Shown one piece after another: positions 1-14,183 of a stretch of DNA of 64,000 bases. The translations under genes and the position numbers were made by a program. The stretch covers positions 153,140,001 to 153,204,000 of the forward strand of contig OX597817.1 in NCBI GenBank assembly GCA_951406725.2, in the 5' to 3' direction. The DNA comes from Octopus vulgaris (Eukaryota). The notes beneath the pieces are model-generated. The model was given only the letters and a program-made list of their open reading frames with translations. It searched no databases and had not been told where the DNA came from. How positions within the stretch are numbered: the stretch's first letter is position 1; each line of letters starts with the position of its first letter.

Positions 1-201
1 ATGTATGTATGTATGTATGCATGTATGCATGCATGTATGTATGTATGTATGTATGTATGCATGCATGTATGTATGTATGTATGTATGTATGCATGCATGT
101 ATGAATGTATGTATGTATGCATGCATGCATGCATGTATGTATGTATGTATGTATGTATGTATTATGTATGTATGTATGCATGCATGTATGTATGTATGTA
201 T
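1..201. repeat. (ATGT)n/(ATGC)n tetranucleotide microsatellite
   Basis: Directly visible; explains ORFs 1..237 and 5..256. Confidence 0.97.
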
Positions 202-320
202 GTCGTTCAGTTTTATCTTAAGGTTTCTTTCCAATAGAGAAAAAGCTGGTCTCTAACCTGTATCCAAGGCTTATATATTGGAATTTCAATATCAGCTGGG
301 TATCTTGTATATATTATCAT

Positions 321-350
321 CATGGCCGCAGCTCTGAGCTGAAACTACAG
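321..350 (+). mobile_element. Isolated 3' terminus of the CR1-group LINE
   Basis: catggccgcagctctgagctgaaacta equals the reverse complement of the LINE end at about 20272-20298; followed by an A-rich run. Confidence 0.7.
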
Positions 351-376
351 TAAAAAAATAAATACACACACACACA

Positions 377-477
377 CGACAAGCTTCTTTCAGTTTCCGT
401 CCACGAAATGCACTCACAAGGCTTTATTCGAACCGAGGCTATAGTAGAAGACACTTACCCAAGGTGCCACGCAGTGT
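377..477 (-). mobile_element. SINE family A fragment
   Basis: Reverse complement of about 4838-4938. Confidence 0.85.
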
Positions 478-899
478 GTGTATGCATACACGAACATATC
501 CATATACATACTGGTGAAAATTACACACGTCATACAAATCAACGCACACACTGCAAGATACCCTGCCATACAAACACCTCCGCATACAGTATTACTCATC
601 CACAGTATCACTTGTATTACAACATACCCTAAATCATACACAACCACATACACACTTGCACTACTGCCCGTACACGCACACACACACACACACACACTAA
701 TACACACACTGTAACGTATTATCACGCAATCAAATACACCTAACAACTAGCACATACACTACCGTATGTACACTAATACACATACACACACTACTACTAC
801 ATACAGACACTATCATACACAGTTACACACACACAGTACTATGCACAATACACACACTATGCACTATACGCAATACACACACTACCATGAATACTATCA

Positions 900-1473
<574 letters not shown>

Positions 1474-1769
1474 ACACACACATTAATACAAACGCATTAA
1501 CACACACACACATTACCACACAAACACTACCACACACATTAGCACATAAACACTACCGTACACACACACATATAAGCACACACACACATTAACACAAACA
1601 CTACCACACACACACACACGCAGTAGCACACAAGCACTACCACACACACACACGATTCTACAGAATCTATCCTCCACCCTCCAATAGACACTAACTAGGG
1701 TAGATCAATGACATATATCGGATTTAATCACAAAATATCCTGACAGACGGATACTGGATTATTGATTCC

Positions 1770-3174
1770 TACTGGTGGCGGCGATGGTGGAGGTATTGGC
1801 GGTAGTGCTAGTGGTGGTGGTAGTGTTGGGGAGTACTGGTAATGGTTGTAGTAGGGGTGGTGTTGGTAGTATTCTTGCTGTTGTTATTGGTGATGGTATT
1901 GGTGGCGTGTATTGTGGTGGTGATAGTACTGGAGGTGGTGATCGTGATGGTATTGGTGATGGTAGTATTGGTAGCAGTAGTTGTGGTGTTAGGGTTGTGA
2001 TTGGAAGTGGTGGTGGAGGTGCTGGTTGTGGTAATGGTGGTGGTGGTGTTGGTAGTGATGTGGGTATTGGTGGTGGCAATGTTATTGTTGTTACTAGTGA
2101 TGGTGGTTGTGATGGAGGTAGTAGTACGGGTGGTAGGAGGGGTGCTATTGATAGTGGTGGTATTGGTGAAATAGTAGTATTGGTGGTGGTTGTGGAGGTT
2201 GTGGGGTTTGTTGTGATGGTGATTGTGGTAGTGGTGGTTGTGGTTGTGGTGGTGGTGGTGGTGGTTGTGTTGGTGGTGGTTGGTGGTGGTGGTGTTGTGG
2301 TTGTGGTGGTGATGGTTGTGGTGGTGTTGGTTGTGGTGATGGTGGTTGTAGTGGTGGCTGTGGTGGTGGTTGTGGTGGTGGTGGTTGTGATGGTTTTGGT
2401 GGTGGTGGCTGTGGTGGTGGTTGTGGTGGTGGTGGTTGTGATGGTTTTGGTGGTGGTTTTGTGGTGGTGGTGGTTGTGGTGGTGGTGGTTGTGGCGGTGG
2501 TGGTTGTGGTGGTGATGGTTGCTGTGGTGGTGGTTGTGATGGTTGTGGTGGTGGTGGTTCTGGTTGTGGTTGTGGTGGAAGTGGTGACGGTGGATGTTGT
2601 GGTGTTGGTGGTGGTGGCTATGGTAGCGATTGTGGTGGTGATGATTGTGGTAGTGGTGGCTATGGAGGTAGTTGTAGTGGTGGTGGTAGTTGTGGCGTTA
2701 GTGATTGTTGTTGTTGTTATGGTAGTAGTGGTACTATTGAAGGTAGCGATTGCAGAGTGCTGGTGGTATTGATAGTTCTACTGGTTGTGGTGGTTCTGGC
2801 AGCAGTATTGAAGATGGTATTGGTGGTAGTGGTGATTATGGTTGTTGGAGTGGTGCTGTTGACGGTGGTATTGGCGTAGGTGGTAGTGAAGGCAGTGAAA
2901 TTGCCAAAATGGCGATGGTACCATTGGTTGTGGTGTTGGTGGTAGTAGTGATGCTGTTGGTGATGGTGTTGGCAGTGTTGTTGTTCCTACTCTTGTTGTT
3001 GCTGTTGGTGGTAGTGGTGGTGGTAGTGGTGGTTGGTAGTCATAATGCCGATAGTGGAAGTAGTGGCGGTAGTGGTGATAGTGTTGGTGGTGGCGGTGAT
3101 GGTAGTCGTAACGGTAGAGACGTTAGTATTATTATTTGTAGTAGTGATGATAGAGCAGTAGTAGTAGTTCTAGT

Positions 3175-3245
<71 letters not shown>

Positions 3246-4121
3246 AGTAGTAGTGCAACAGTAGTAGATGTAGTAGTAGTAGTAGAGTAGTAGTGCAACA
3301 GTAGTAGATGTAGTAGTAGTAGTAGAGTAGTAGTGCAACAGTAGTAGATGTAGTAGTAGTAGCAGCTGCAGAAGTTGTTGCAGTAGTATTTGTAGTAGCA
3401 GTAGCAGCATCTGCAGTAGTAGTAGTAGTTTTAGTGGTTGTAGTGGTAGTAGTAGCAGCTGCAGTAGAAGTTGCATTAGTAGGAGTTGCAGTAGTAGCAG
3501 TTGCATCTGCAGTAGTAGTTGTAGTTGTAGTAGTAGTAGAAGTAGTAGTAGTAGTAGTAGTGGTGCTGGTAGTGGTGATAGTGGTGATGTGGGTGGTGGT
3601 AGTGTTCGTGGTGGTGATGGTGGTGATAGTGGTGGTGGTGATGGTGGTGGTTGTGGTGGTGGTGGTGGTGGTGGTGATAGTGGTGATGGTGGTGGTGATG
3701 ATGGTGGTGGTGTTGGTGATAGTGGTGATGGTGGCGGTAATGATGGTGGTGGTGATGGTGGTGATGGTGGTAGGTGATAGTGGTGATGGTAGTGATAGTA
3801 GTGATGGTGCATGTGGTGGTCGTGATGGTGGTGGTGGTGTGGTGGTGGTGGTGTTGGTGGCGTGGTGGTGTTTACTGACGTTTGTGTGGGTTTAATGTGA
3901 TGGTTGTGGAGGTGAGGATGTGCGGCGCTGAGTTTATTGGTGGTTGTTGCTGGTGGTTGCGATAGTGATCGTAGCGGGGATGGTGGCGGTGGCGATAATA
4001 ATGGTGAGCGTGTGATGCTGGTGGTGGTAGTGGTAGTAACAGCGGTGGTAGCGGTGGTTGTGGTGGTGATAGTGATGGTGCTGGTGTACTTAGTAATGGT
4101 GATAGTGATGATATGACGGTA

Positions 4122-4214
<93 letters not shown>

Positions 4215-4245
4215 GTGGTGATGATGATGATGGTGATGATGATGG

Positions 4246-4276
<31 letters not shown>

Positions 4277-4305
4277 GGTGATGATGATGATGATGATGAT
4301 GGTGG

Positions 4306-4337
<32 letters not shown>

Positions 4338-4359
4338 GTGGTGGTGATGATGATGATGG

Positions 4360-4412
<53 letters not shown>

Positions 4413-4445
4413 GTAATGATATATGGTGGCGGCGGCGGCGGTGGT
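1770..4445. repeat. Long degenerate (GGT)/(AGT)/(GCA)/(GAT) trinucleotide field
   Basis: Visible; includes three 39-bp tandem units at about 3230-3360 and near-pure (GAT)n at 4122-4410. Confidence 0.93.
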
Positions 4446-4774
4446 AGTGTTGTTATTGTTTTTTGTTTAGCTGAAGCTCAGCTCGAAGCGAGCAAACTTA
4501 AAATATCATGAAAGCGCTCCAGCTGTGGCCACTATCACATAGTTTTTTTTCCCAGTCCTTTAAATTCCTTGCAATACTTATTCTGGCTCTGTGCACTCCG
4601 GGTTCAATTTCCGCTAAGGTTGACTTTTAAGCTCGATTAAAACATGAGTATCCTACCAGTCCAGGACGATGGGATGGCGAGATCGTAAGAGTATTAGACG
4701 AGATACCATATTTTAACGTGTATAAGGAACCTTTTTTTTTTGTCAAAATAATATGGGAGTTTCTTACACATATA

Positions 4775-4945
4775 GGCGCAGGAGTGGCTGTGCGGTAAGT
4801 AGCTTGTTTACCAACCACATGGTTCCGGGTACAGTCCCACTGCGTGGCACCTTGGGCAAGTGTCTGCAACTATAGCCTCGGGCCGACCAAAGTCTTCTGA
4901 GTGGATTTGGTAGGCGGAAACTGAAAGAAGCCCGTCGTATATATG

Positions 4946-4982
<37 letters not shown>

Positions 4983-5196
4983 TTGTCTGTCTGTGTTTGT
5001 CCCCCTAGCATTGCTTGACAACCGATGCTGGTGTGTTTACGTCCCCGTTACTTAGCGGTTCGGCAAAAGAGAGACCGATAGAATAAGTACTGGTCTTACA
5101 AAGAATAAGTCCCGGGGTCGAGTTGCTCGATTAAAGGCGGTGCTCCAGCATGGCCGCAGTCAAATGACTGAAGCAAGTAAAAGAGTAAAAGAGTAA
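4775..5196 (+). mobile_element. SINE family A, full length (tRNA-derived head, internal (TA)/(TG) tract, (TAAAAGAG)n tail)
   Basis: A-box-like tggctgtgcgg, B-box-like ggtacagtccc (ggttcagtccc in other copies); more than ten related copies in the window. Confidence 0.92.
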
Positions 5197-5569
5197 TAGG
5201 GAAAGTATTATAATCCTTACAAAACCCTTTTTCCAATTTTAAGCCCCCAAAATTAGGGGATTCATTATGCACAGGTTTCCTTATACACGTTAAAATACGG
5301 TAATTTGCGTTATTATTCATTTCCGCTCTCTACGCTCTGAGTTCTTTTGGGAGTAGACTTTATACGTCGCCTGGTTTAACGCCATCACCCGATACATGCG
5401 TATTTTTGAGGATTTTACTCTGTTGCAAACCTTGCGACCAGGTTTCCGGTTTGGAGATTACTTCTTCCGTTTTCCCTCGGCCAGATTCAGAGGCTGTGCA
5501 AAAAGTAAGGGTTCGTAGGCATTAACCATTTTTGCTCTAACTTAACTTTAACTGGAACTCTATCGGTCC

Positions 5570-6135
5570 ATGACCACGACGGTTCCAGTTGATGCGATCA
5601 CCAGAACAATCTGCTCGTGAAATTAAAATGCAAGTGTCTGAGCGCTCTACAGACATATATACCCGTAATGTAGTAGTCAGGGAGGTTCTGCATGACACAG
5701 AATATGACAAGGCCGGTCTTTTTTAATCACAGGTACTACTCATTTTTGCCGTGGAGGCACATGGCCTAGTGGTTAGAGCAGCGGTCGGTCGAGGGATCGC
5801 GGGTTCGAATCTCAGACCGGGCGATGTGTGCGTTTATGAGCGAAACACCTAAGCTCCACGCGACTCCGGCAGAAGGTAATGGCGAACTTCTGCTGACTCT
5901 TTCGCCACAACTTTCTCTCACTCTTTCCTCCTGCATCTTGCAGCTCACCTGCGACCGACCGGCGTTCCGACCAGGTGGGGACCCTATACTACAAGAAAAC
6001 CGGGAAACCGGCCCTTATGAGCAAGTCATGGCACGAGAAGGAACAAACAGCAAAAGCTCATTTTTGCCAGCTGAGTGGACTGGTGCATGGTGAAATGAAG
6101 TGTCTTGCTCAAGAACAGAACTCGCCGGCGGCGGT
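5570..6135 (-). mobile_element. SINE family C (CORE-like) copy interrupted by a family B SINE
   Basis: Flanks join up to match the uninterrupted copy at 53380-53620. Confidence 0.8.
5751..6056 (+). mobile_element. SINE family B with 12-bp TSD ctcatttttgcc
   Basis: A box tggcctagtgg, B box ggttcgaatct; TSD at 5739-5750 and 6057-6068; homologous to 22512-22822. Confidence 0.9.
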
Positions 6136-6147
6136 AAATGAACCCAT

Positions 6148-6212
6148 GTAGCAGTAGTAGTAGTAGTAGAAGTAATAGTACCAGCAGCAGCAGCAGTAGT
6201 AATAGTAGCAGC

Positions 6213-6244
<32 letters not shown>

Positions 6245-6565
6245 CAACAGCAGTAGTATAATAATTGTTGTAGTAGTATTATAGTAGTAGTAGTAGTAGT
6301 AGTAGTAGTAGCAACAGCAGTAGTATAATAATTGTTGTAGTAGTATTATAGTAGTAGTAGTAGTAGTAGTAGTAATAGTAGCAACAGCAGTAGTATAATA
6401 ATTGTTGTAGTAGTATTATAGTAATTGTAGTAGTAGTAGCTGTAGCACCAACAGTAGCAATAGTAGTAATGGCAGCAACAGCAGCTGCAACAGCATCAGC
6501 AACACCATCATCGTCATCAGCAACATCAACAGCAGTAGTAATAGTAGTATTAGTAGTAGTAGTAA
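6148..6565. repeat. (AGT)n/(AGC)n microsatellite with three ~70-bp tandem units
   Basis: gcaacagcagtagtatataataattgttgtagtagtattata-type unit occurs three times. Confidence 0.9.
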
Positions 6566-6667
6566 GTGTTATTGTTTTTGTTGTTGTTGCTTAGCCCTCA
6601 GTTCAACTCTGATCGAAAAGACATATGATCAGAAACGTCTTAGCTTTTGAACATCCATCATTTTTTC

Positions 6668-6747
6668 AGGGGTGGGGGAATGGGGGGGGGGGAATGGGGG
6701 TGGGGGAATGGGGGTGGGGGTCTGGGGGGGGGGGAATGGGGTGGGGT
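6668..6747 (+). repeat. G-run tandem repeat (G-quadruplex-compatible)
   Basis: About nine G4-G12 runs separated by t/aat/tct. Confidence 0.8.
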
Positions 6748-7016
6748 AGCTAGAAGACTAATAATATAATATATTCAATCGCCACCCCACCCTTATTTAA
6801 GGTATAGGGTGTGACTTGAATGAAATTTGGCACGAGCAAAGTGTTTGATGCGAGATTACTTTGGCGTGGGGTGGTGGTGGCGGCGGGTTGTTGGCCAGGG
6901 TCGGGTTGATTAGCAAAGAAGAGGGAGAAAATGTAAAAAAAAAAAAAGCCGAGAGGTACATGGTGGAGGAGATGGTATGCTGATTGCGAGTTCAGAGAAG
7001 AAGTAGAGAGACCATT

Positions 7017-7047
<31 letters not shown>

Positions 7048-7632
7048 CAGCAGCAGCGGTTGAGATTTCAGTAATGGCGATGTCTGTGAGCCAGCAAGTT
7101 GCGGTTGCAGTGTCGAAACGAAATAGATTTATTCGGGAATCGATGCCTGGATAAAGCAGCCGGTCGGTATTGCAGGTGCTTAAAATTGTGCTCATTGATG
7201 TTCAGTGTAGAACCGATATTAACATATATTAGAGACTCTTACAATATATACGAGAGCAAATATTGGAATCCATAAAAATATATTACTACAATCAGATTCA
7301 CGCCATGTATAAAACAGCTGAATACATATTAAAGGAACAAGCAACGTCAATGAAAACCAACAAACATCAATCAGAATGAGTGAGTTATAAATAATAAAAC
7401 AAAACCAACACAGATACAGATAAATAAAAACGTAATATAAATCAGCATACTTTTATATTTTCAATTCTACTCTGGACTTGCGGTGATGGTAGTGGTTGTG
7501 GTGACGGTGGTTTTGGCTATAGTGTTGGCGGTAGCAGTGTTGTAGCGGTGATGTTAATGTTGTTGTTGCTGCTGTTGTTGTTTGCGGTGTTAATGTTCGT
7601 TCTGGTGGTAGTGGTGTGGTATTATGAATGCT

Positions 7633-7850
7633 GGACATTGTTGTAGAGCTGAAAAAGAAGTAATTTCTACTCTTCTCCTCTGGAAGCCATCTACTCGCAA
7701 TACCAGAGGGCGCACACTCTCCTACCCTGATGTAATCTCCAGGGATACAGGCATCCAGCAACAGGACCTCCGTAATGCTATGATGGACCGTGAAGTCTGG
7801 CGTAGCATAGTAAATTCCATTGTCTCGACCATGGTCGAACAATGATGATG
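7633..7850 (+). mobile_element. 5'-truncated RTE-like LINE 3' end with (TGA)n tail
   Basis: Encodes AGHCCR...LLLWKP...AMMDREVWRSIV; atgaatgct duplicated at 7624-7632 and 7851-7859 (TSD). Confidence 0.8.
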
Positions 7851-7867
7851 ATGAATGCTTGTGTAAA

Positions 7868-8255
7868 GGCAGTGTGCTGCCAGAATCCTCAGCACGCCGG
7901 GCGAAATGCTTAGCGGTGATTCGCCAGCCGTTACGTTCTGAGTTCAAATTCCGCCGAGGTCGTCTTTGCCTTTCATCGTTTCGGGGTCGATTAAATAAGT
8001 ACCAGTTACACACTGGGGTCGATATAATCGACTTAATCAGTTTGTTTGTCTCCTCTGTGCGTAGCCCCTTGTGGGCAGTAAAGAAATAAGAATCGTTAGC
8101 ACGCCGGGCGAAATGCTGAGCGGTATTTCGTCTGTCTTTAGGTTCTGAGTTCAAATTCCGCCGAGGTCGACTTGCCTTTCATCTTTTCAGGGTCGATAAG
8201 TTAAGTACCAGTTACGTACTGGGTTGATCTAATCGACTGGCCCTCTCCCCTAAAA
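7868..8255 (+). mobile_element. SINE family D dimer
   Basis: Two copies of gagttcaaattccgccgaggtcg...gcctttcatc...ggtcgat...aagtaccag; junction aagaaataagaa/tcgttagc at about 8090. Confidence 0.88.
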
Positions 8256-8384
8256 TTTAGAAGATTAGTTCGGCATATATTCATCTACTGCAGACTGAAA
8301 CTGCGCTTGCGCGGTGAATTTGAAAAATTATAATGTATAACGATGAGACACGTGTTAATCGTCTCTTAATTATGTGTTATGGTG

Positions 8385-8457
8385 TGGTCACTGATGAAAA
8401 ATTCGCCTAGCAAATTATTTTATTTGCTAAAAAAATTTGGAAACTTAGGTCTGACCA
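8385..8457 (+). ncRNA. Type I hammerhead ribozyme motif (Penelope/retrozyme-like)
   Basis: tggtca-CTGATGA-long stem II (tagcaaat/atttgcta)-GAAAC-ttag-GTC-tgacca; perfect 6-bp stem I. Confidence 0.75.
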
Positions 8458-8675
8458 TGATAAAATAACAAGGTAAAAGTTTTTATTTTTCATTCCTTTT
8501 GAAGATTGCTTTTAAATGTGGGTCTGGTCATTTTGACTACTTCTTCTAGCGTGTAAAACTGCTTGTTGAAGGCAGTTTCTCTTGTGCTTAAATGTACACT
8601 ATTTTATATTGAGAATATGTTGTCTATTGACTTTTTATACATTCTAGGCCACTGGTAGTGAAATTTCTAAAAGAA

Positions 8676-8728
<53 letters not shown>

Positions 8729-9809
8729 TGTATGTATGTATCCTAATTCAATCAGTCTTTAGTAAAGTTAAGGTTGTAGAAATCAGTTGAAAAGGATATG
8801 GGTGCTATTTCTAGAAGGCCGTGTGAACTTCTAGAAGCTCGAACAAAAATGTTTAATGAAAGGTGAGTGTATTGTAACTCTGTCTCTGTCTCTCTCACGC
8901 AAACATAAACACTCACGTAAGGGGACAACATCTTGTTTGTGCTGTACCAGCCTGCTCAGTTAGAACATAGAGGCTCGGTTTATAATATAGATGTTAAGAT
9001 ATTATCAACGCACTGAGCAAACATAACGCTTAGATAGATTCTAGAAGTCACACACATATTAATAGACAGGCCGAACTTCAACAGAAAACATGAATGGAAC
9101 AATAACAAACTCACCCCCACACTACGCAATATGACGACTGAAGGCAGAATGATAAAAAAATAACAAATAAAAACAGCACAATGCATAAACCCATATATAC
9201 ACACACACACACACACAACAGACACACATACACATACTTAAGATGAAATGGGATAATTAAGTAAATATATGAATAAATAAAATAAAAAAAGTTATAAAGG
9301 GCACGGATACAAGCAATAAATTACATAAACATATATACACACAAAAACACACACAAAGCATAAAGAGACGCGTAACTCACGCGCGCATGCACACACGCGC
9401 ATGCACACACGCGCATGCACACACGCGCATGCACACACGCGCATGCACACACACGCGCATGCACACACGCGCGCATGCACACACGTGCGCATGCACACAC
9501 CCACACAAAAATACAGATGCAAACGAATGCAGAGAAAAGAATATACACCATAGAAACACAGAATGGACTAAACAGAACAGGAGACTCGTGGAATGGAAAA
9601 ATCGCTGAAGGGGGTCACAGGTGTGTGACAAAAGTTTTCCAGACGATGGACATAAAATAAGAACAGTGATTAACAAGTGAAGGATGAATATATAGTGTGT
9701 GCGTTTATTTGGCAAGGACAAAAATGACCGTTCCGAAATCAAAATGTAACGACATGTGAATCGTTGACGATTTTCTTCCTCCGTCTTCCTTTCTATTGGA
9801 CGTTCCTCT

Positions 9810-9845
9810 GTTTCTGAAGAATAGCGTCTGCTCGAAACGTTAAAC
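9810..9845 (+). ncRNA. Minimal hammerhead motif with an extra A after A9
   Basis: gttt-CTGAAGA-a-tagc gtct gctc-GAAAC-GTT-aaac. Confidence 0.6.
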
Positions 9846-10005
9846 CATCATTCTTTCCTTCCCTGAACGTCTGCTATTACTTTACATGTACCTTATCCTT
9901 GCGTTTGTTAATCTTTTTTTAAGATTTACTATATATATATATATTCGCTAGCCTCTGCAAGCATATTTTTTTTCTCTCCTTCTTTCTGTGTTTTTTCTCT
10001 GTGTA

Positions 10006-10043
10006 TCTTTCTGTTGAAGAGCGTAGACTCGAAACGTTAAAGA
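10006..10043 (+). ncRNA. Variant minimal hammerhead motif
   Basis: tcttt-CTGTTGA-a-gagc gtag actc-GAAAC-GTT-aaaga; A6 substituted. Confidence 0.45.
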
Positions 10044-10441
10044 CTTCTTTTATTTATATTTCCTGAGCGCCATACTAATACAATTGTTTGTTTGTATTCC
10101 ACCTGCCTTCGTCTTTTGTTCATTTCCGTAAACCTGCCTTCGTCTTTTGTCTATTTTCATAAAGCTTCCCGTTATATATATATATGTATGTATGTATGTA
10201 TATATGTATATATATATTATGTATATACACACCCACACACACATATATATATATGCATGTATACTTCCAAATTGAAAGAGTGTTCTATATACCTGCCACC
10301 CACTCCCTGAAGCTTACCAGCTTCTAACACTCGGACCCTGGATTCTATCTATCTATCTATATATATATATGTGTGTGTGTGTGGTGTGTGTGTGTATGTA
10401 TGTGCGTGTGCATGTGTGTATGTGACTGTACACACACGCAA

Positions 10442-10491
<50 letters not shown>

Positions 10492-10789
10492 AGGGTTTGT
10501 TTACATAGATAAGCAATATCAATGATAGATGAAACAAAATCCCATCAACGGTCATGAATGTGTTAATATCATCGAGCATTAATTCACAGAATTAACAATA
10601 ACCAAACAAGAACACAATGAAAGCACTCAGAAGTATTTCTATCAAATGCTATCCCGCCAATCCCTTTTATTGAGGAATAACATAAAAGAGTCCTAACCCT
10701 CTCCCTCCCCTCTCTCTCTTTCTCTTTCTCTCTCTCCCTCTCTCTTTACAATCATCAAAATCACGTGAGACTATATGCGTATGTCTATG

Positions 10790-10838
10790 GGAGAATATAT
10801 ATAGATATATCCATCCATCCATATACATATACCCATAC

Positions 10839-10877
<39 letters not shown>

Positions 10878-10891
10878 AATATATATATGTA

Positions 10892-10960
<69 letters not shown>

Positions 10961-11162
10961 TTATACACACATATGTATATATACACACACACACATACAT
11001 AATATATATATATACATATATATAAATATAAATATATTCGTTTACACAAACACGTATACCTACGTAAAAATATAGAATATAAATAAACATGTATGGTCAT
11101 ATGTATATATATATATTATATATATATATATACAAGCATATCCGCCCGTATGGATGGATATG

Positions 11163-11232
<70 letters not shown>

Positions 11233-11305
11233 CATACATGCATACGTACATATACATATACACATACATACGTATGTGTGTGTGTGTGTGTGTATATATA
11301 TACAT
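10790..11305. repeat. (TA)n/(CA)n compound microsatellite
   Basis: Visible. Confidence 0.95.
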
Positions 11306-11854
11306 ACAGAAAGAGAAAGGGAGAGAGGAAAAGAGTGAGAGAGAGATAGAAATATCCTAAGGTATATATGTATATGTCTGTGTATGTGTGTGTTTGCATA
11401 TATTCATCCATGTGTGTATTGCGGGCGTCTATTACACGTCATATAGTGGATACGACTGTGTTCAAGTTTAGTATCAATATTTGCTTATATTTTTCTGTTT
11501 TATATATATGTATGTATGTATGTATATGTTTCGTTATTAATCTTTTATATACTCAGTTCTGTACAATATCGGACCATCGGACCTTAGTCCATTAAATATT
11601 CATTTACTACAAGGAGCCATTACTTCACGTTACAATGCCGAACACGAAGCAAAGCTAGACGGGAAAAAGGAGCTGGTGGGGGTTAAAAAAAACATTACAC
11701 GATAACGTTGCTCTGATCTAATATAGAATCCCACGATGATAATAATAATAATAATAATAATGACAATAATAATAATAATGATAATAATGATAATAATAAT
11801 AATAATGATAATAATAATAATAATAATAACAGTAGTAATAATAATAATAATATT

Positions 11855-11895
<41 letters not shown>

Positions 11896-11900
11896 TAATA

Positions 11901-11961
<61 letters not shown>

Positions 11962-11966
11962 TGATG

Positions 11967-12035
<69 letters not shown>

Positions 12036-12036
<1 letters not shown>

Positions 12037-12141
12037 GAGCATCACAACAGAGCATCACAACAAATCACAGCACATACCCAAGGCACACAGAGCTGTGCTC
12101 GGTAGTGAAGTGAAAGCACGATATAAAAAATATCCTACTGA
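12036..12141 (+). mobile_element. Very short 3'-UTR-only copy of the R4/Dong-like LINE
   Basis: Near identical to 13197-13288; flanked by (TAA)n. Confidence 0.88.
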
Positions 12142-12162
12142 ATAATAATAATAATAATAATG

Positions 12163-12238
<76 letters not shown>

Positions 12239-12306
12239 TGATGATGATAATAATAATGATAATAATAATAATGATAATAATAATAATAATAATTATAATA
12301 ATATAA

Positions 12307-12374
<68 letters not shown>

Positions 12375-12405
12375 CGTAATAATAATAATAATAATAATAA
12401 TAATC

Positions 12406-12437
<32 letters not shown>

Positions 12438-12495
12438 AATAACAATAATAATAATAATAACAACAATAATAATGATAATAATAATAATAATAATA

Positions 12496-12537
<42 letters not shown>

Positions 12538-12588
12538 TTAATAATAATAATAATAATCATAATGATATAAATAATAATAATAATAATC

Positions 12589-12642
<54 letters not shown>

Positions 12643-12655
12643 TTAATAATAATAA

Positions 12656-13493
<838 letters not shown>

Positions 13494-13615
13494 CAGTAAT
13501 GCAATCCAGAAGATTTACTATAGAAGCTTTATTAATAGAAACGTGCAAACCACAGTAACATTATCAGATATGTAAGTATTAACAGATATGCAAATCATAG
13601 TAATCTTAACAGATA

Positions 13616-13830
13616 TGGTGAGCTGGCGGAATCGTCAGCACGTTAGGCAAAATGCTTAGCGGCATTTTGTCCGTCTTCACGTTCTGTGTTCAAATTCCGC
13701 CGAGGCTGACGTTACTTTTATCCTTTTCAATGCCGATAAAATAAATTACCACTCGAGGACTGGGGTCGATGTAATCGACTTAATCTCTTTCCGAAATTTC
13801 TGGCATTGTGTCAAAATCTGAAGCCAATAT
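13616..13830 (+). mobile_element. SINE family D, diverged
   Basis: agctggcggaatcgtcagcacg...gttcaaattccgccgagg...ctggggtcgatgtaatcgact. Confidence 0.82.
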
Positions 13831-13989
13831 TAACGTATATGCTATAACAGTCGTGTAATGCATTTACATCAGTTACTGGTCACTGAAATCAATTTGGATT
13901 TAAGAATAATCCGTCCGTCCGTCCATCCATCTTCTCAATCCATAGTTCGTAGGAGGATCGAGGAGGCAGAGTCCTCAGGCCTAAGGTTC

Positions 13990-14137
13990 CGGGTTCGGTT
14001 CCACTACATGGGAGCTATAGCTTTGGGTCGACCAAAGCCTTGTGAGTGGATTTGGTAGCCGGAAACTGAAAGAAGCCCGTCGTATATATATATATATTTA
14101 TATAGGGGGGTGTTTGTCCCCTCACCATTGCTTGACA

Positions 14138-14140
<3 letters not shown>
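13990..14140 (+). mobile_element. SINE family A fragment
   Basis: accaaagccttgtgagtggatttggtagccggaaactgaaagaagcccgtcg. Confidence 0.82.
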
Positions 14141-14183
<43 letters not shown>

